Positions 12,230 to 24,635 of a stretch of DNA of 64,000 bases are shown here, piece after piece. The stretch lies in NCBI GenBank assembly GCA_013239625.1, contig MU054122.1, positions 212,773 to 276,772 on the forward strand, written 5' to 3'. Made by a program: the position numbers and the translations under genes. Each line of letters begins with the position of its first letter. The first letter of the stretch is position 1. The stretch is from Lama guanicoe. Its lineage: Eukaryota. The notes under the pieces are model-generated. The model was not told where the DNA came from. It saw only the letters and a list, made by a program, of their open reading frames with translations, and did not search any database.

Positions 12230-14923
12230 AGGAGAGAGAAGCATGCATTTTAAGGGCAGAGGAACCCCAAAGCTAAAACATGGCCCAAACGTACTAGTCA
12301 GAGTCAGCAGTAGCTAGACTACCATTGGTGAGTGGGTGTCCATGCTGCTGGGTGCATGGGTAGCCTCCATTTATAGGACTATTTATTGTACCACTTCTAA
12401 GACGGTGGATAATGATGGCTGCCTAGTGTCAGTGACCACATCATTCTGTCTACTTGGTTGTTCGGTGTCTCTTCTGTGGTGGGATGCTTTCTGGTTGGCA
12501 TTAATTGATACAAAAATCTTCACACTGTGCATCTCCCATATTCCCATCCAGAAGCCTCTATCCCAGCCCTCCTTGTGTCTAATAGTCCAGCCCTTTTCTT
12601 TCCAGGCCCTTGGGCAGACAGCCACACCATCCGTTACAGCCCAGGAATCTTTACATTGGCTCACCTGGGGCTGCTTCACCTGCTATGCCGGATGCATCAC
12701 TGGCATCCCTACTCATCAGGGAGATTTTTTTTCTCTCCCCAGTATCTTTCAAGGCCACCTCTGAACATGGCTGCAGGAGAGCTGTCAAGCATTTCAGCTT
12801 CTACCCAACCCATCTGTACACCAAGCTCTGGTTTTTGCTGGCTGTATGGCACCTCTCCCCGAAATGGCCATAGGTGTGAGCTGGGAAAGGACGACTAATG
12901 CAACCGTGGACAGTGACGCAGGCATCTGGGCTACCAGCTACCGCAGCTTACCCATGCTGTCTGGTCTTGATCAGGCTCGACTCTGGATGTACCGTTTCCA
13001 TCTCTACCAGAGCCCATGACGAATGCTGCTCCACAGAAGACATATAATTCTCCATTGCAGGTGATGCAGCCTTCTTTAAGAACCCAGGGGTCTGTGTACT
13101 AGTCCTCCCACTAGGGCTTTCCATAAACTACACCCTGGACCACAGACTCCTCCAATGCTATAGAGCTGCCTGGATTTTATAGCCAAAGCATCACAGCTCT
13201 GGTATCGCAGTTGGGACCTGCTGCAGCGTCTTGTCCTGCTCTGGGCTCCACAAAGCAGGCAGTGTAGTGTGCCACCTGGTGTCTGGACCACAGCAGAATA
13301 TCCCGGAAAAAAAAGATGCAAGATGCAATAACTATTTTTGACTTTGGAGGGAATAACCAGGCTTACCCCGAACACTGGACCCCAGTACTTCATGGAAGTG
13401 GCAGGTCTCTGACTCTAACAGGGTTTATCTCTCACCCTCCAAGCACATGTTTCCCACCAAGGCCTCCAGTGTGCTAGCCTCCTCTTCCTTGCCCCGCTCA
13501 ATCAGCATGGTGGCACTGATGGAGTGGCTTGATGTGCTGGTGGGTGGGATCTCTGGAACTCTGTGGATTACATCTGTGACTGAGGGAGGGGGAGTTAACA
13601 GAAGCCTGGAGCAAAACTGTAAATAAATGTTCCTGCCTATTCCATATGAATGCAAATTTTTTCTGATAAGAAGAGAAAATAGTGTATACCCACTTCGGCT
13701 AAATCGATGGGATGGCTGCACACAATTTCCCTCAGGCATTGATTAATCTGTTCTAACAACTATTTCGTCCAGTGCAAGAGATGAAATTGAGGCTACTACT
13801 TGGCTGAGCATGCAGGAGTCTTCAGCCATTTTTCTGGATCTGGCTAGTTTCTGCCAGGCTCACACTGATGGCTTGAATGGAGATATGATAGAGACCACCA
13901 GCCTCACATTCTTTTGGTTTTAAATCTTTGCCATCCCCATCCCCACTGGGATATGACATTGTTTGAGATTGACTATGTTGGCTGGGAGGGTGGAGGGGGT
14001 AGTTTCAGAGACTTGCACTTGGCCTTTCCTAACTAAACGTGATAGCTGTCACCTCACAGACCAGAGTCCCAATGCGGGGCTAACCCAGCTGTCATGTGTG
14101 TCCATTGCAATTATGCACTTTTCAAAGTCTAGGAAAATGACCAGCTGGATGAGTTTATGGTCCCAGTGGACTCACTGTGAGCTGAACTTTATCCAGGACT
14201 CTCTTTTCTTCTGGACCCTATAATCCTCCTTTCCAGCGAGGAGGACATGATATTACTTTGGGATCTCTGGATACGATTTCCAGTTCACACCCTGTGTCCA
14301 AAAGCCCTTAAAAAGTCTGGTTATTCCTCTTTCCCCAGTACACAGTCACTCAGGTAAATGACTGCACTTACTTGATTGGAAAATCATCTTGAGATGGATC
14401 CTTAAAGGGGAGATGCCCCACTGTACATCCTTTCAAAGGTAGGATTTTGGGGGTAACTGCAGGAATTATCGCTACAGCGTTTCAGGGTTCTTCCTCTAGG
14501 ACCTCAGGCATCTCTAGAGTCCATGTGTTCTAGATCTGAACGTTGGCTCAAGTCAGAACTGAGTAAGGGATCAAAACTTTTTATTGGGTGATTGCCATCT
14601 GACTTTCACTCCTCCATTCTTGCCTTCTTTGGGCTGGAAAAATTAAGAAGAACCCTTGCCTAAACTGTCTGTTTTGCCCATAAGGAAGCCAGAGTCTATT
14701 AACCACTTTCACAACTTTCTGTGGGTCGAGCCTCTTTAGCTGCCCTTCCAGCCTTGCCAGCCATGATGGTAATTGTGGCTGTGCGGCTTCTGATGGTTAA
14801 GGGACCCCTCATGGTCCCATTCTTAAGTGTGTTAGCAAATCCCATTCTGTGACTGTCTCACAGAGCCCTGGCCTACAAACTTCATCTTACCATCTATTTA
14901 TTTTGACCAGTCCTGGTCCCAAC
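12230..14923 (-). mobile_element. Degenerate ERVL-class internal sequence (pol-like remnants)
   Basis: Minus-strand fragments such as 'DSWAVTDGVAV' and 'VSINANQK' resemble ERVL RNase H-region remnants; directly abuts the 3' end of the LTR at 14924. Confidence 0.7.
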
Positions 14924-15395
14924 TGTGTCTGTTCAGGTCTTCCAAGAAGGAGAAGCCCAAACAGGATTAGATATACAAAAGATTTCTTGGGTGAACAACT
15001 TTTGAGGGCTAAAGGGGGCCAGAGAAGAAGTAGGAAGGGAGAAATTTGAGAACACAAGACAGGTCTGATGTCTGTGAAAGGAGAGAGGGAAGGAAGGATT
15101 GGTTAGGAAGAGTCTGAGTACAATGCTGCTCTAAGAAAAGTCTCGGTTAGACTAATGGGGAGCCTTGAGCAAAAGTCATCATTTGGAGTAATCTTGCATC
15201 CAACAAATGGTCCCATTCCAGCACACATACTATGCTCAATCACTGGCTGGGAATGGCCTGATGGTAGCATTGGTTGAGAATGAATAGAGAATTGGACCCC
15301 AAGAGTGACAGTTTGAGACAGTCAATGAGCTATTTTCCACAGTGGGTTCTCTCAAAGGGAGTTTTGAACCATCGTGGTTGCCTCACCCAGGACCA
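14924..15395 (-). mobile_element. ERVL-class 5' LTR (LTR41-like)
   Basis: 'tgtgtctgttcaggtcttccaagaaggagaagcccaaacaggattagat...gtgaaaggagagagg'; homologous to 9029-9467. Confidence 0.75.
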
Positions 15396-18084
15396 CGTAG
15401 TAATTCTTGTCAAAGAAGAATATTTCCTTAGATGTAGCACAACCTGCAAAGATTCCTCTAACCTCCTTTGAAGAAAAACTATTACACTATTAGACAGAGC
15501 AGTGTCTGCCCCTTTTTTATCCTCTTGTTTTTCAGACGGTGTCCTGGCTGTATCTGAGTTTGAGAAAAGAAATCCATTACTTACTCATCCATCTACTGAC
15601 AGCCTCTCATGACCTACAGGAAGGCACTGCTCAAGTTTTTAAATGATCATTTTCCTTTAATGTCACCTCCTCAAAGAGATTTAACTTTCTTCTTCACTTT
15701 CTCTTCCTTTACTCTATTGTTTTTTTTCTCCACCACACTTATTACTGTCTATAATATTATATGTTTCTGTGTTTGTGGATTTCATCAGTTTTCTGTGTCA
15801 AATCTTTGAATGTAAATTCCAGGATGGATGAGGCCCCCTTTGTCTTGCTCACTGTCATATCTTTAGTATTTAGCACACACATGCCTGACACACAGGGTGT
15901 GCTGAATATATGATTATTAAATGAGTTCATCAAATCGTAGGCAGGCCAGTGTCCCCCATACAGGTCTAAAACCAGGCCCTGGAGGAGGGACTGGGACAAA
16001 GAAAAGATGTTTTTCCGGTAATATTATGGATATCTCACAGTAATCCTATAAATCAACGATTATCATACCCATTTTGCAGATGAGTAAACTGAGGTTTCTA
16101 TAGATGTTAAGTGATATTCACAAAGTCATCCAGCTAGTAAACTATGAGGCTGGGATTTGAATCCAAATCCAAGGTTTGTGCTCTCAACCACTGTGGAATA
16201 CTAAGACCAACAACAAACAACAAAACCCCATAACCCAGCTTGTAAATAGAAGAGTTCTGAGAAACATTTCCAAACTTCTTGAAAGGAAGACTCTGTCCAT
16301 CAATCTACATAATTGCTAAATCACAAAGCAGGCATCGTGAATAACTAAAGCACTTTGAAAATTTACAGCTAAGAGCTGATTACACCCTCTTTCGAAAAGT
16401 GAGCTAAAACTGCTTGCTAACCAGACCTCAGAAGGGCTTAAATGTTCCACACAGAGTGTCAGAAATCCAGAGAACCATTAAGTCATCACCTACTGCCAAG
16501 ACGAATGCAACAGTATGTTTTCCTGGTATTTTAACCTGTCTCAGAAAGTGTTACTCTTATTTAATCCCTCTCAGGACTTTTTCCTTACCAAGAAGCTACT
16601 AATAACCTCCCTTGTCAGCGAAGTTAGTCTCTGGAGATACCTGCCAAGTGATTTTTTTGTGGTTAATCTAAAGCAAATGTAAAAAGAAAAAAAAAAAAAA
16701 GGAGCTGAATCATTCTGGAAAGCAAACAAGAAAAAGCCCTCAGTTGGGAAGAGTCTAATTGTTATTAGCACATCCACTGCTGGCAGGAGCACGAAAAAGC
16801 CGCACAAATCAAACACCAGCGTCTAAAATCAAACTTAAATCCCAGCCTTCTGTTAACCTGATAAATTATTCAGCCTTCTTACACATTTAATAAAGCTCTG
16901 AAACCGGTCCCAGAAAGCATTTGCATGTAAAATATAATTTGAGAAACAAATAAAGCCTTGGTAGGAGGCTATGGTTTTACCCCAGGTAACTCTGATGAAA
17001 GTACTCAAAGCGAGCTGTCTGTCCTGCTGATTCCTGAGTCGTTTTCTTCAAAGGGCAATTCTTCTTAGATTGGCGTTGAGCGTGGTGGCAGTTGCTTCAT
17101 TGCTGGAGAGGAGGGTGGGTTTGATCTACAAGCCAAAGGCATGATGAAATCTGGCTCTAGTATCCTCAAATGCCTTTTCCCAACCTATGCAAAGAAAGCT
17201 CTCCTTGGGAGAAAATCCATTATTTGAATCTTTTCCATATAAAACGTGTGTGTGTATAAGACACAGACAGAAAGACAGAGACAGAGAAAGGGAGAGGGAC
17301 AGGGTAAATTGCTTCTTGATCATGAACACCTTTGAAGATACCAGGCTAAGAAGATTGCTCCAACCAAATGAAAACTGAACAACTACAAAACCCGTTCTTC
17401 AAAAACAATTGCTTTACAGGGGGTGGTGGGGCAAAAACCCTAAATGGCCGTTTCGGTGTTCAAAGAAATACTGACATCTACTGGTGGGTCTAGAAATCAC
17501 AGGGCTTTTCCAAGAGCCACATTGAGCTGTACTGGAGGAATTAATATCCACTGGATATACAACTCAACTATTCTAAATAAAAGACGAATTTATTATGACC
17601 ATTAAGACCATTTCTAAATTTTTCTATTATTTATTCTAATCCTTTCGCTACCAGATAATCACTGGCGAAACTCCTGTACCTGAAACATTTCGCCAAGAGG
17701 GAAAGCGCAGTTAAAGCAAGAGTAACATAAATAAAATTCCTATCTTTGTATGACCCCAGACACACCTCTTCAAAAACAGTGCTTCAAAAAGCAGCAAGAA
17801 CAATGGAAAATAATATTGCTTTGTCAGAAGTTACACCTGTGTTCAAATCCAGGTACCTCCATTTGGCTTCGTCATTTCTACCAAGTTGCTTAATCTCTCT
17901 GAAGCTCAATCTTTCCAGCTGAAAAAGAGGACTAAGAACACCTACCCGGATGACAATGAGAGCCAATTAACACAAAATGCCTTCTTCACATTAAACAGTC
18001 AATGGTCAGCAGTAGAGTCATCACCATATTTAAAGAACAGGAGACTTTGGGGGCCATTCGGTTCTTGACTGACCAAGCTAATAT

Positions 18085-18250
18085 TAGGAGAGTGCCTCTC
18101 AAACTTTAAGATGTGCACAAATCATCGGGAAACCTTGTTAAAATGAAGGTTCTGATTCAATCAGTCGGGAACAGGGAGGCCTGAGATACCCAATTTCTAC
18201 CAAGTTCCCAGGTGCTGTGGCTGGTCCCGGGCTGTACTGAGTAGCAGCAA
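18085..18250. mobile_element. MER5-like hAT DNA transposon remnant
   Basis: 'cctctcaaacttt...aatcatcgggaaaccttgttaaaatg...ttctaccaagttcccaggtgctg'. Confidence 0.65.
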
Positions 18251-18360
18251 TCTGTGGGGTTCAGTGGCTCTGGTGGTCAGGAGTTTTGAGACCACCTCTG
18301 CTGATTGCCTTCCTCCGGAGGAGGAGGAGGAGGAGAAAGGAGAAGGAGAAGAAGATGATG

Positions 18361-19625
18361 TTTATTATTAAAACATAGTTGATGTACAATATTGTGTTTG
18401 TTTTAGGTGTACAGCATAGCGATTCATTATTTTTTCAGACAATACTCCATTTCCATTACAGGTTATTACAGAATAATGGGTATATTTCCCTGTGCTAGAC
18501 AGTATATTCTTGTTGCTTATCTATTTACATCTAGTAGTCTGTATCTGTTAATTCCATACCCCTGATCCATCCCTCCACCCTCTCCTCTCCCCTTTGGTAA
18601 CCACAAGTTTGTTTTCTATGTCTGTGAGTCTGTTTCTGTTTTGCATGTACATTCAGCTGTATGATTTTTTAGAGTCCACATATTAGTGATACCATATAGT
18701 ATTTGTCTTTCTCTGAATTATTTCACCAAGCATGATATTCTCTAAGTCCATCCACACAGCTGCAAGTGGCCATATTTCATTCTGTTTGATGGCTGAGTAG
18801 TATCCCACTGTATATACACCACATTTTCTTAATCCAGTCATCTGTTGATGGGCACTTGTGTTGCTTCTATGCCTTGGCTGTTGTAAACAGTGCTTCTGTG
18901 AATATTGGGGTGCATTATCTTTCTGAATTAGTGTTTTGATTTTTTCTGATATATACCCAGGGGTGAAATTGCTGCATCCTATGGTAGTTTTTTGAGAAAC
19001 CTCCATAAAGTTTTCCATAGTGGCTGCACCAGTTTGTATTCCCACCAACAGTGTACAAGGGTTCCCTTTTCTCCACGTCCTTGCCAGCATTTGTGATCGT
19101 GGTCTTTTTGATGATAGCCATTCTGAGAGATGTGAGGTAATATTTCATTGTGGTTTTGATTTGCGTTTCTCTAATAATTAGTGATGTTAAGTTTCTCTTC
19201 ATGCGCCTGATAGCCATCAGTACATCTTTTTTGGGAAAATGTCTATTCAAGTCTTCTTCCCATTTTATGACTGGATAGTTGGGGGGGTTTTGATACCAAG
19301 TTATATGAGCTGTTGTATATTTTGGATAGGAACCCCTTGTCAGTTGCATCAGTCGCAAATATTTTCTCCCATTCTGTAGGTTGTCTTTTTGTTTTGTCGA
19401 TGGTCTCCTTTTGCTGGGCAAAGGCTTTTTAGTTTAATTAGGGCCCATTTGTTTATTTTTGCTTTGGTTTCTTTTGCCGTAGGAGACTGATCCAAGAAAA
19501 TATTGCTACAATTTATGTCAGAGAATGTTCTGCCTCTGTTCTTTTCTAGGAGTTAAGTGGTTTTAGGTCTTATATTTAGATCTCTAATCCATTTTGAGTT
19601 TATTTCTGTATGTGATGTAAGGGAA
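18361..19625 (-). mobile_element. L1 fragment (ORF2 C-terminus and 3'UTR)
   Basis: Minus-strand ORFs give [36 protein letters not shown] and INSKWIRDLNIRPKT, all L1 ORF2 motifs. Confidence 0.92.
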
Positions 19626-22600
19626 TTTTTTAGATGATGGTAAATAGCTCTGAAAACTTCAGTCATTCCAATACACAGATGAAGAATGCTTAAGAACACT
19701 CTGGACGAAGATGGATTTGGCTGATGTAGAAAAATTGAAAATTTCATTCTCATGCCTTTCCAATTTATGGATTTCACGTCTCATAAGAGAGACGAGGCAT
19801 TTGGTTCTGTTCAAACTATGCCCAAAAGAGAGGTTTGGCAAATTAAAGCCCAGCAGTTAATTTGTTCTGTTGCAATTCTGGGCTTTCTGCAGAATCTGGC
19901 CATAGTGAGCGATTCATATCGCGGGCCTTGGAATCACAAGGGAGTTTGCGTCCTGGCTTTGCAATCTGCCGTCGGCAAGGTCTCAGTCACGTTCCTTAAC
20001 TTGTGCAAGCCCTAGTTTTCCCAGAGTACATTGCAAAAAACTGAACAAGGTGATACAGATAAGGCCTTAGCACATACACTGTTCAATAAATGATAATGTT
20101 ATTATTGTTTTCATGACAAAATAGCACAGCTGTCATTTCCCCTTTTTAAAAAAATATAGAGATGCCACTTTGGGAAAAAGTATGTTAGAACAGCAGGACA
20201 TCGCAGAGTGAGGTTTTGGAGAAAGCCAAGGTGCAGGTTTACATCCCAGTTCCACCATCAGCTGGGGTAACTTCCGGCAACGTTCTGTGACATCTCTGGG
20301 CCTCAGGGTCCATCTGCACAATAGAGAAATGACAGCTTCCCTGGGTGGTGTGCGAATTGGAAGTATTAGTTGAACTGATACATAACAAGCCCTTAAAATC
20401 AGCTGTTAGTAATATCAGTGGGAAAAACAGTGTGTGTGTGTGTATGTATATATATGTGTGTATGTATAATATATTCTGATTCAGAATACAGAATCAGAAG
20501 ACTCGGGTTCTAGAATGCCTCGTCTTTCTGACTGTTCTACCTAGACTCACAACATTTTAGGCAAATCAATTAATGTCCTTGGGCTAGTCAACTGCAGAGA
20601 CAGGAATCATGGCCCTATCTGCTGGTCACAGGGTACCTGAGTGAGTCAAGTTTTTAAAAATTTTTTTATTATTTTAACTAGTTGGTTAATATCATGACTT
20701 AAACTGTATTTTAAAGTATGTTCAGTCACGTGCAGCTTTTTAAAGCAGATGGGATGTTTTTCTTTTGCATTGTCACAATTATTTTGTACCACAATGCCAT
20801 AAGGTAGAAAGGATGGGTATATTTGCATCTTTGGCAGGTTAAAAAAAACAGAGGTTCAGAAAGATTAAGTAACTTGTTTAAGACCATGGAGTTGGCAAAT
20901 AAATAAATAAACAAATGAACTCAAGTGTCCTCATTCTCTCAGAAATTATAATAAAGATTTGTGAAGCAAAAAGTCCTATTTCAGTGAGCTCATGAAGAGG
21001 TTTTATGTTTTCACCACTAAAATTGCAACCTAAGGTCAGATGGTTGTGACTTGGTTAGCATGACCAACTGATAAAGGTTGATAAAAGGAAGACTTGGAAC
21101 TGGATGATATTTGAGATTCATTTTTTGTTTTTAATTGGTCATAAGGGTGGTAGTCATTGGCAGCAGAAAAGAGAGAAGGTGGAATGTAAGAATGTATTAT
21201 AGTTTCCATTTTCACTTGTCCTTGAATGTTGGGGATACACATATCCAGGGGGTTGTCCGGCATCCACACTGCCCTTCCCTTCACCCACCATCCTCCCTTT
21301 CAGGAAACCTCCCACACTACGGAAACCTTCCTACTGTAGTCTGCATGACCAGGTCTTTCCTCTTTCCCCCTACAAAGCAGTCAGGGAATCAAGCCTCCCC
21401 TTGGGCTTCAGGAAGTGCTAGGAAAGCAGAGGGATGGCAGGTCCATAGTCATGGCCTCATCACTGACAATGGTGAACCAGACTTCCGCGTGACCTCTCAT
21501 AGGGTTCCTGCTATCTCGTTTTCTCACGATTCTGTGATGCTTGGCTTTTTCCAAACTTGGTCCTCCAGCTCCCATATCATCCCAGTAAGTTCCCTTTATG
21601 CTGAAGGAAACCAGAATTAAATTCTCTTACTTACCACTAAGACTCAGACTAACATCACAAGAGACTAGCATCTCCCTTGTACTTTCTTTTTTGCTAAAGC
21701 TAAGGCCAATATTCTTGTGATAAGCTGAGCAAACAATTCAAACCATCACTCATAATTATGCAATATTCGCAGGACACTAGGAAAGGTGGGGTAAGGAATT
21801 AAAAGTAGTGATCCTTCCTTTAAAAATTTTAATTTGAATGCCACTCCACCCTCTGTGAATCAAGCATTAATGTTCCTTTCTAAAATGTACCACCACACTA
21901 ATAAACAAAAATCTGTTCAATAAGATATATTTATGGATGTGACAGGCACCTTACAGTGAGCATATTTGAAAAGGTCTATGTGCTTTGTAAATTTAGAACT
22001 ACATTTCCTAGATGTCAAGTGTTTATTTCCTGGAAAAAATAAAGGAAAAACAGTTCTACATTTGAAACATGTTTTGCAGCTTCCTGATGAGACATTTTAA
22101 GGACCATTAGTCGTCTAAATAGAAATTATATTTTAGAGAGGGGAAGAATATGAAAGATTGTTCTCTGGTTTGAGATTATACCTTGCACATTGCAATAAAG
22201 CTTTAAACTCAAGCAGGCATATTGCACTCTGGTTATTCCCAGTAATCTTTCCTCGTTGTCCCCTTGCAAGCCTTGTTCTTCACTTTAAAGACAAAGACGT
22301 ATGAAAGCGTTTAACACAGGGCCAGCCTCAGTGAGGTCTTCACCAATGTGATTCCTTACCGCTTTCCTTCCCTTCACGGGCAGAGTAAATTCTATGACTA
22401 TGATCCAAAGGTTTAAAAAAAGAAGTTCATCTGTGAATTTCATGGGCTTGAAGTTTCATGGACTTGCCATATCCCATACTGTGGTTCCAGGAAATGGACT
22501 TTGTCAGAAGGGAATGATGATTTTTGAAAAGAAATTCTGCTCAAGATTTTCAAAAGAGGACAATAAGATAAAAAGAATATTGGTTTTCTATCTCTGGTGA

Positions 22601-24214
22601 AATAGCTAGATTTTCATCTCCATCTGATTTCTTTACCATTCTTTCCTCTTTAATGTAGGACTCCAGGGGGTACACATATCTGATTGTCTAGAGGTCTGGT
22701 TCAGAGCTTTCAGGCCTCAAAGAAGTTCAGTTGGTATTTTGCAGGATGGTTTATGACATGGATTCTTCAATGAACCCTTTCCTCAACTGCTTCTTTCGTT
22801 TTTACTTATCTTTTGTTCTGTGGAGTCTGAGGTGTAGCCAGGCTCAGAGTCAATGTTTCCTAGAAATTAGTGTCAAGACATGAATTCTGTGAGAGGTGCT
22901 TTCACAAGTTAAATGTATCAAGGAGCATCATCTCTCATGAACAGGTCCTCTGTAATAAGGACACTCATGGATAAGTGAACAAGTGACTCCTTTAGAAGAA
23001 GAAAGCTATTTGAGCTGCCTTCTCTTGACCTCACTTTTATAGACTGCAGAGTTGATTTCAGAATGCAATCTTGAGCTCTAAAACTTTTTCTCACATCTGT
23101 GCCTGCCACAGGGAGCTGGAGAATCTTAATCACCAACCATTCAACAATTATCACACATACTCTGTGGAGAACAACAGAGGCAGGCAGGGAATTTACAACA
23201 GTGATCCATCTTTTTGGAAAATGCACAGTTTATCATGGCAAAGTGTGCGTGTGTCACAACAATCGAGGCATTAGATACCTCTTAAGAAAAGAGACAATTT
23301 GGTGGCAGGAGACGGGAGTCCCTTTGATGGGACAATCAAGCACAGAAGGGCACAGCATGAGGGTGAGCGGCAGGCAGTTCCCCAAGATGAAGCGGTCCAT
23401 GTGTGCATTGGGAGAAATGCAGACTCTTGAAGCAGAACAGAAATCAGACACCTGGTAACAGGCCTCAGTCTGCAGTAGTGAACCATGGTCCTAGAGGCTT
23501 TATTAGCTTTGCACCTGGTTTGTTAATGTGGTGGTTTAAATACAGCAAATTGTGCCATTATTCTTCAACATCAATCTAATCTCTCAGGTGGCTTGTTGGC
23601 TCTCCTTGGGACAGCTTTTCTCTGGTTTAAAGAATTTAGGATCTTCTGGAGAACTTCCAGGATGAAGCCCCTGGTTCTTGGGTCACACTGAATGAGGAAC
23701 TGGAACCTTCCTGTGCGATACAGCAGTGCCTCCTTTGGAGGAAAGGCTACTAGAATATTGAAGCTTCATTCCAACCTCAGTAGTGATGAACACAGATTAT
23801 CACTGCAGGCATTTTATAGTGGACATCTTAAAACTCAACACCCTGGTCCTGGCTTAGCCACTCGTCATCTGTGGGGTTGACATGAGGGTCACTGAACCTC
23901 ACCAGGGGGCAACTTCCCCTTCTGCAAAATGGAGAAGACCCCCCCAACCTAGTGGGCCGACTGAGGTGATGACATATTTAAAATCAACAAAAACATAAAT
24001 ATTCCACCTTACCCCTCATCAACATCTCATTATTATTGATGACCAGTAAGTAAAAAAGAAAAGACTCTGATTCATGATCCCCCCAGGAGTGAAAACTCAC
24101 AGAAGGAAATTAATGAGGAATAGATATTTAAATGATCAAGGATGGAGAGATTGGCCAGCTCAGGCAAACTTCGATGCCCCCCCACCTCTTTTTTTTAGTT
24201 ACTTATTTTAGAAA

Positions 24215-24635
24215 TTTTTTTATTGAGGTACAGTCAACATACAATATTATATTAGTTTCAAGTAAACAACATGATTCGATATTTGTATATACTGCGAGAC
24301 GATCACCACAGTAAACCTAGTTCACATCTGTCACCGTACATAGTTACGGAATTCTTTTTTTCTTGTGATGAGAACTTTTAAAGACTGACTCTCTTAGCAA
24401 CTTTCAAATATGCAATACAGTATTATTAACTAGAGCCATGCTATACATTATATCCCCAAGACTTACTTATTTTGTAAATGGAAGTTTCCACCTTCCGACT
24501 ACTTTTATCCATTTGGCTCACTCCCCACCCCCCTGCCTCTGGCAACCACTGATCTGTTCTGTGGATCTTTGAGCTTGTGTTTTTGTTTGTTTAGATTCCA
24601 CATATGAGTGAGAGCATACAGTTATGTCCCTTTCA
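24215..24635 (-). mobile_element. L1 3'UTR fragment
   Basis: T-rich head; 'ctctggcaaccactgatctgttctg...ttagattccacatatgagtgag'. Confidence 0.8.

Noticed and set aside
12336..13739. Cluster of 87-142 aa ORFs
   Set aside because: They overlap decayed ERVL internal sequence and give no coherent protein.
18683..19777. Minus-strand ORFs up to 168 aa
   Set aside because: Frameshifted L1 ORF2 fragments.
21135..21620. 161-aa ORF
   Set aside because: Non-ATG start, no recognisable homology, and partly LTR-like sequence.
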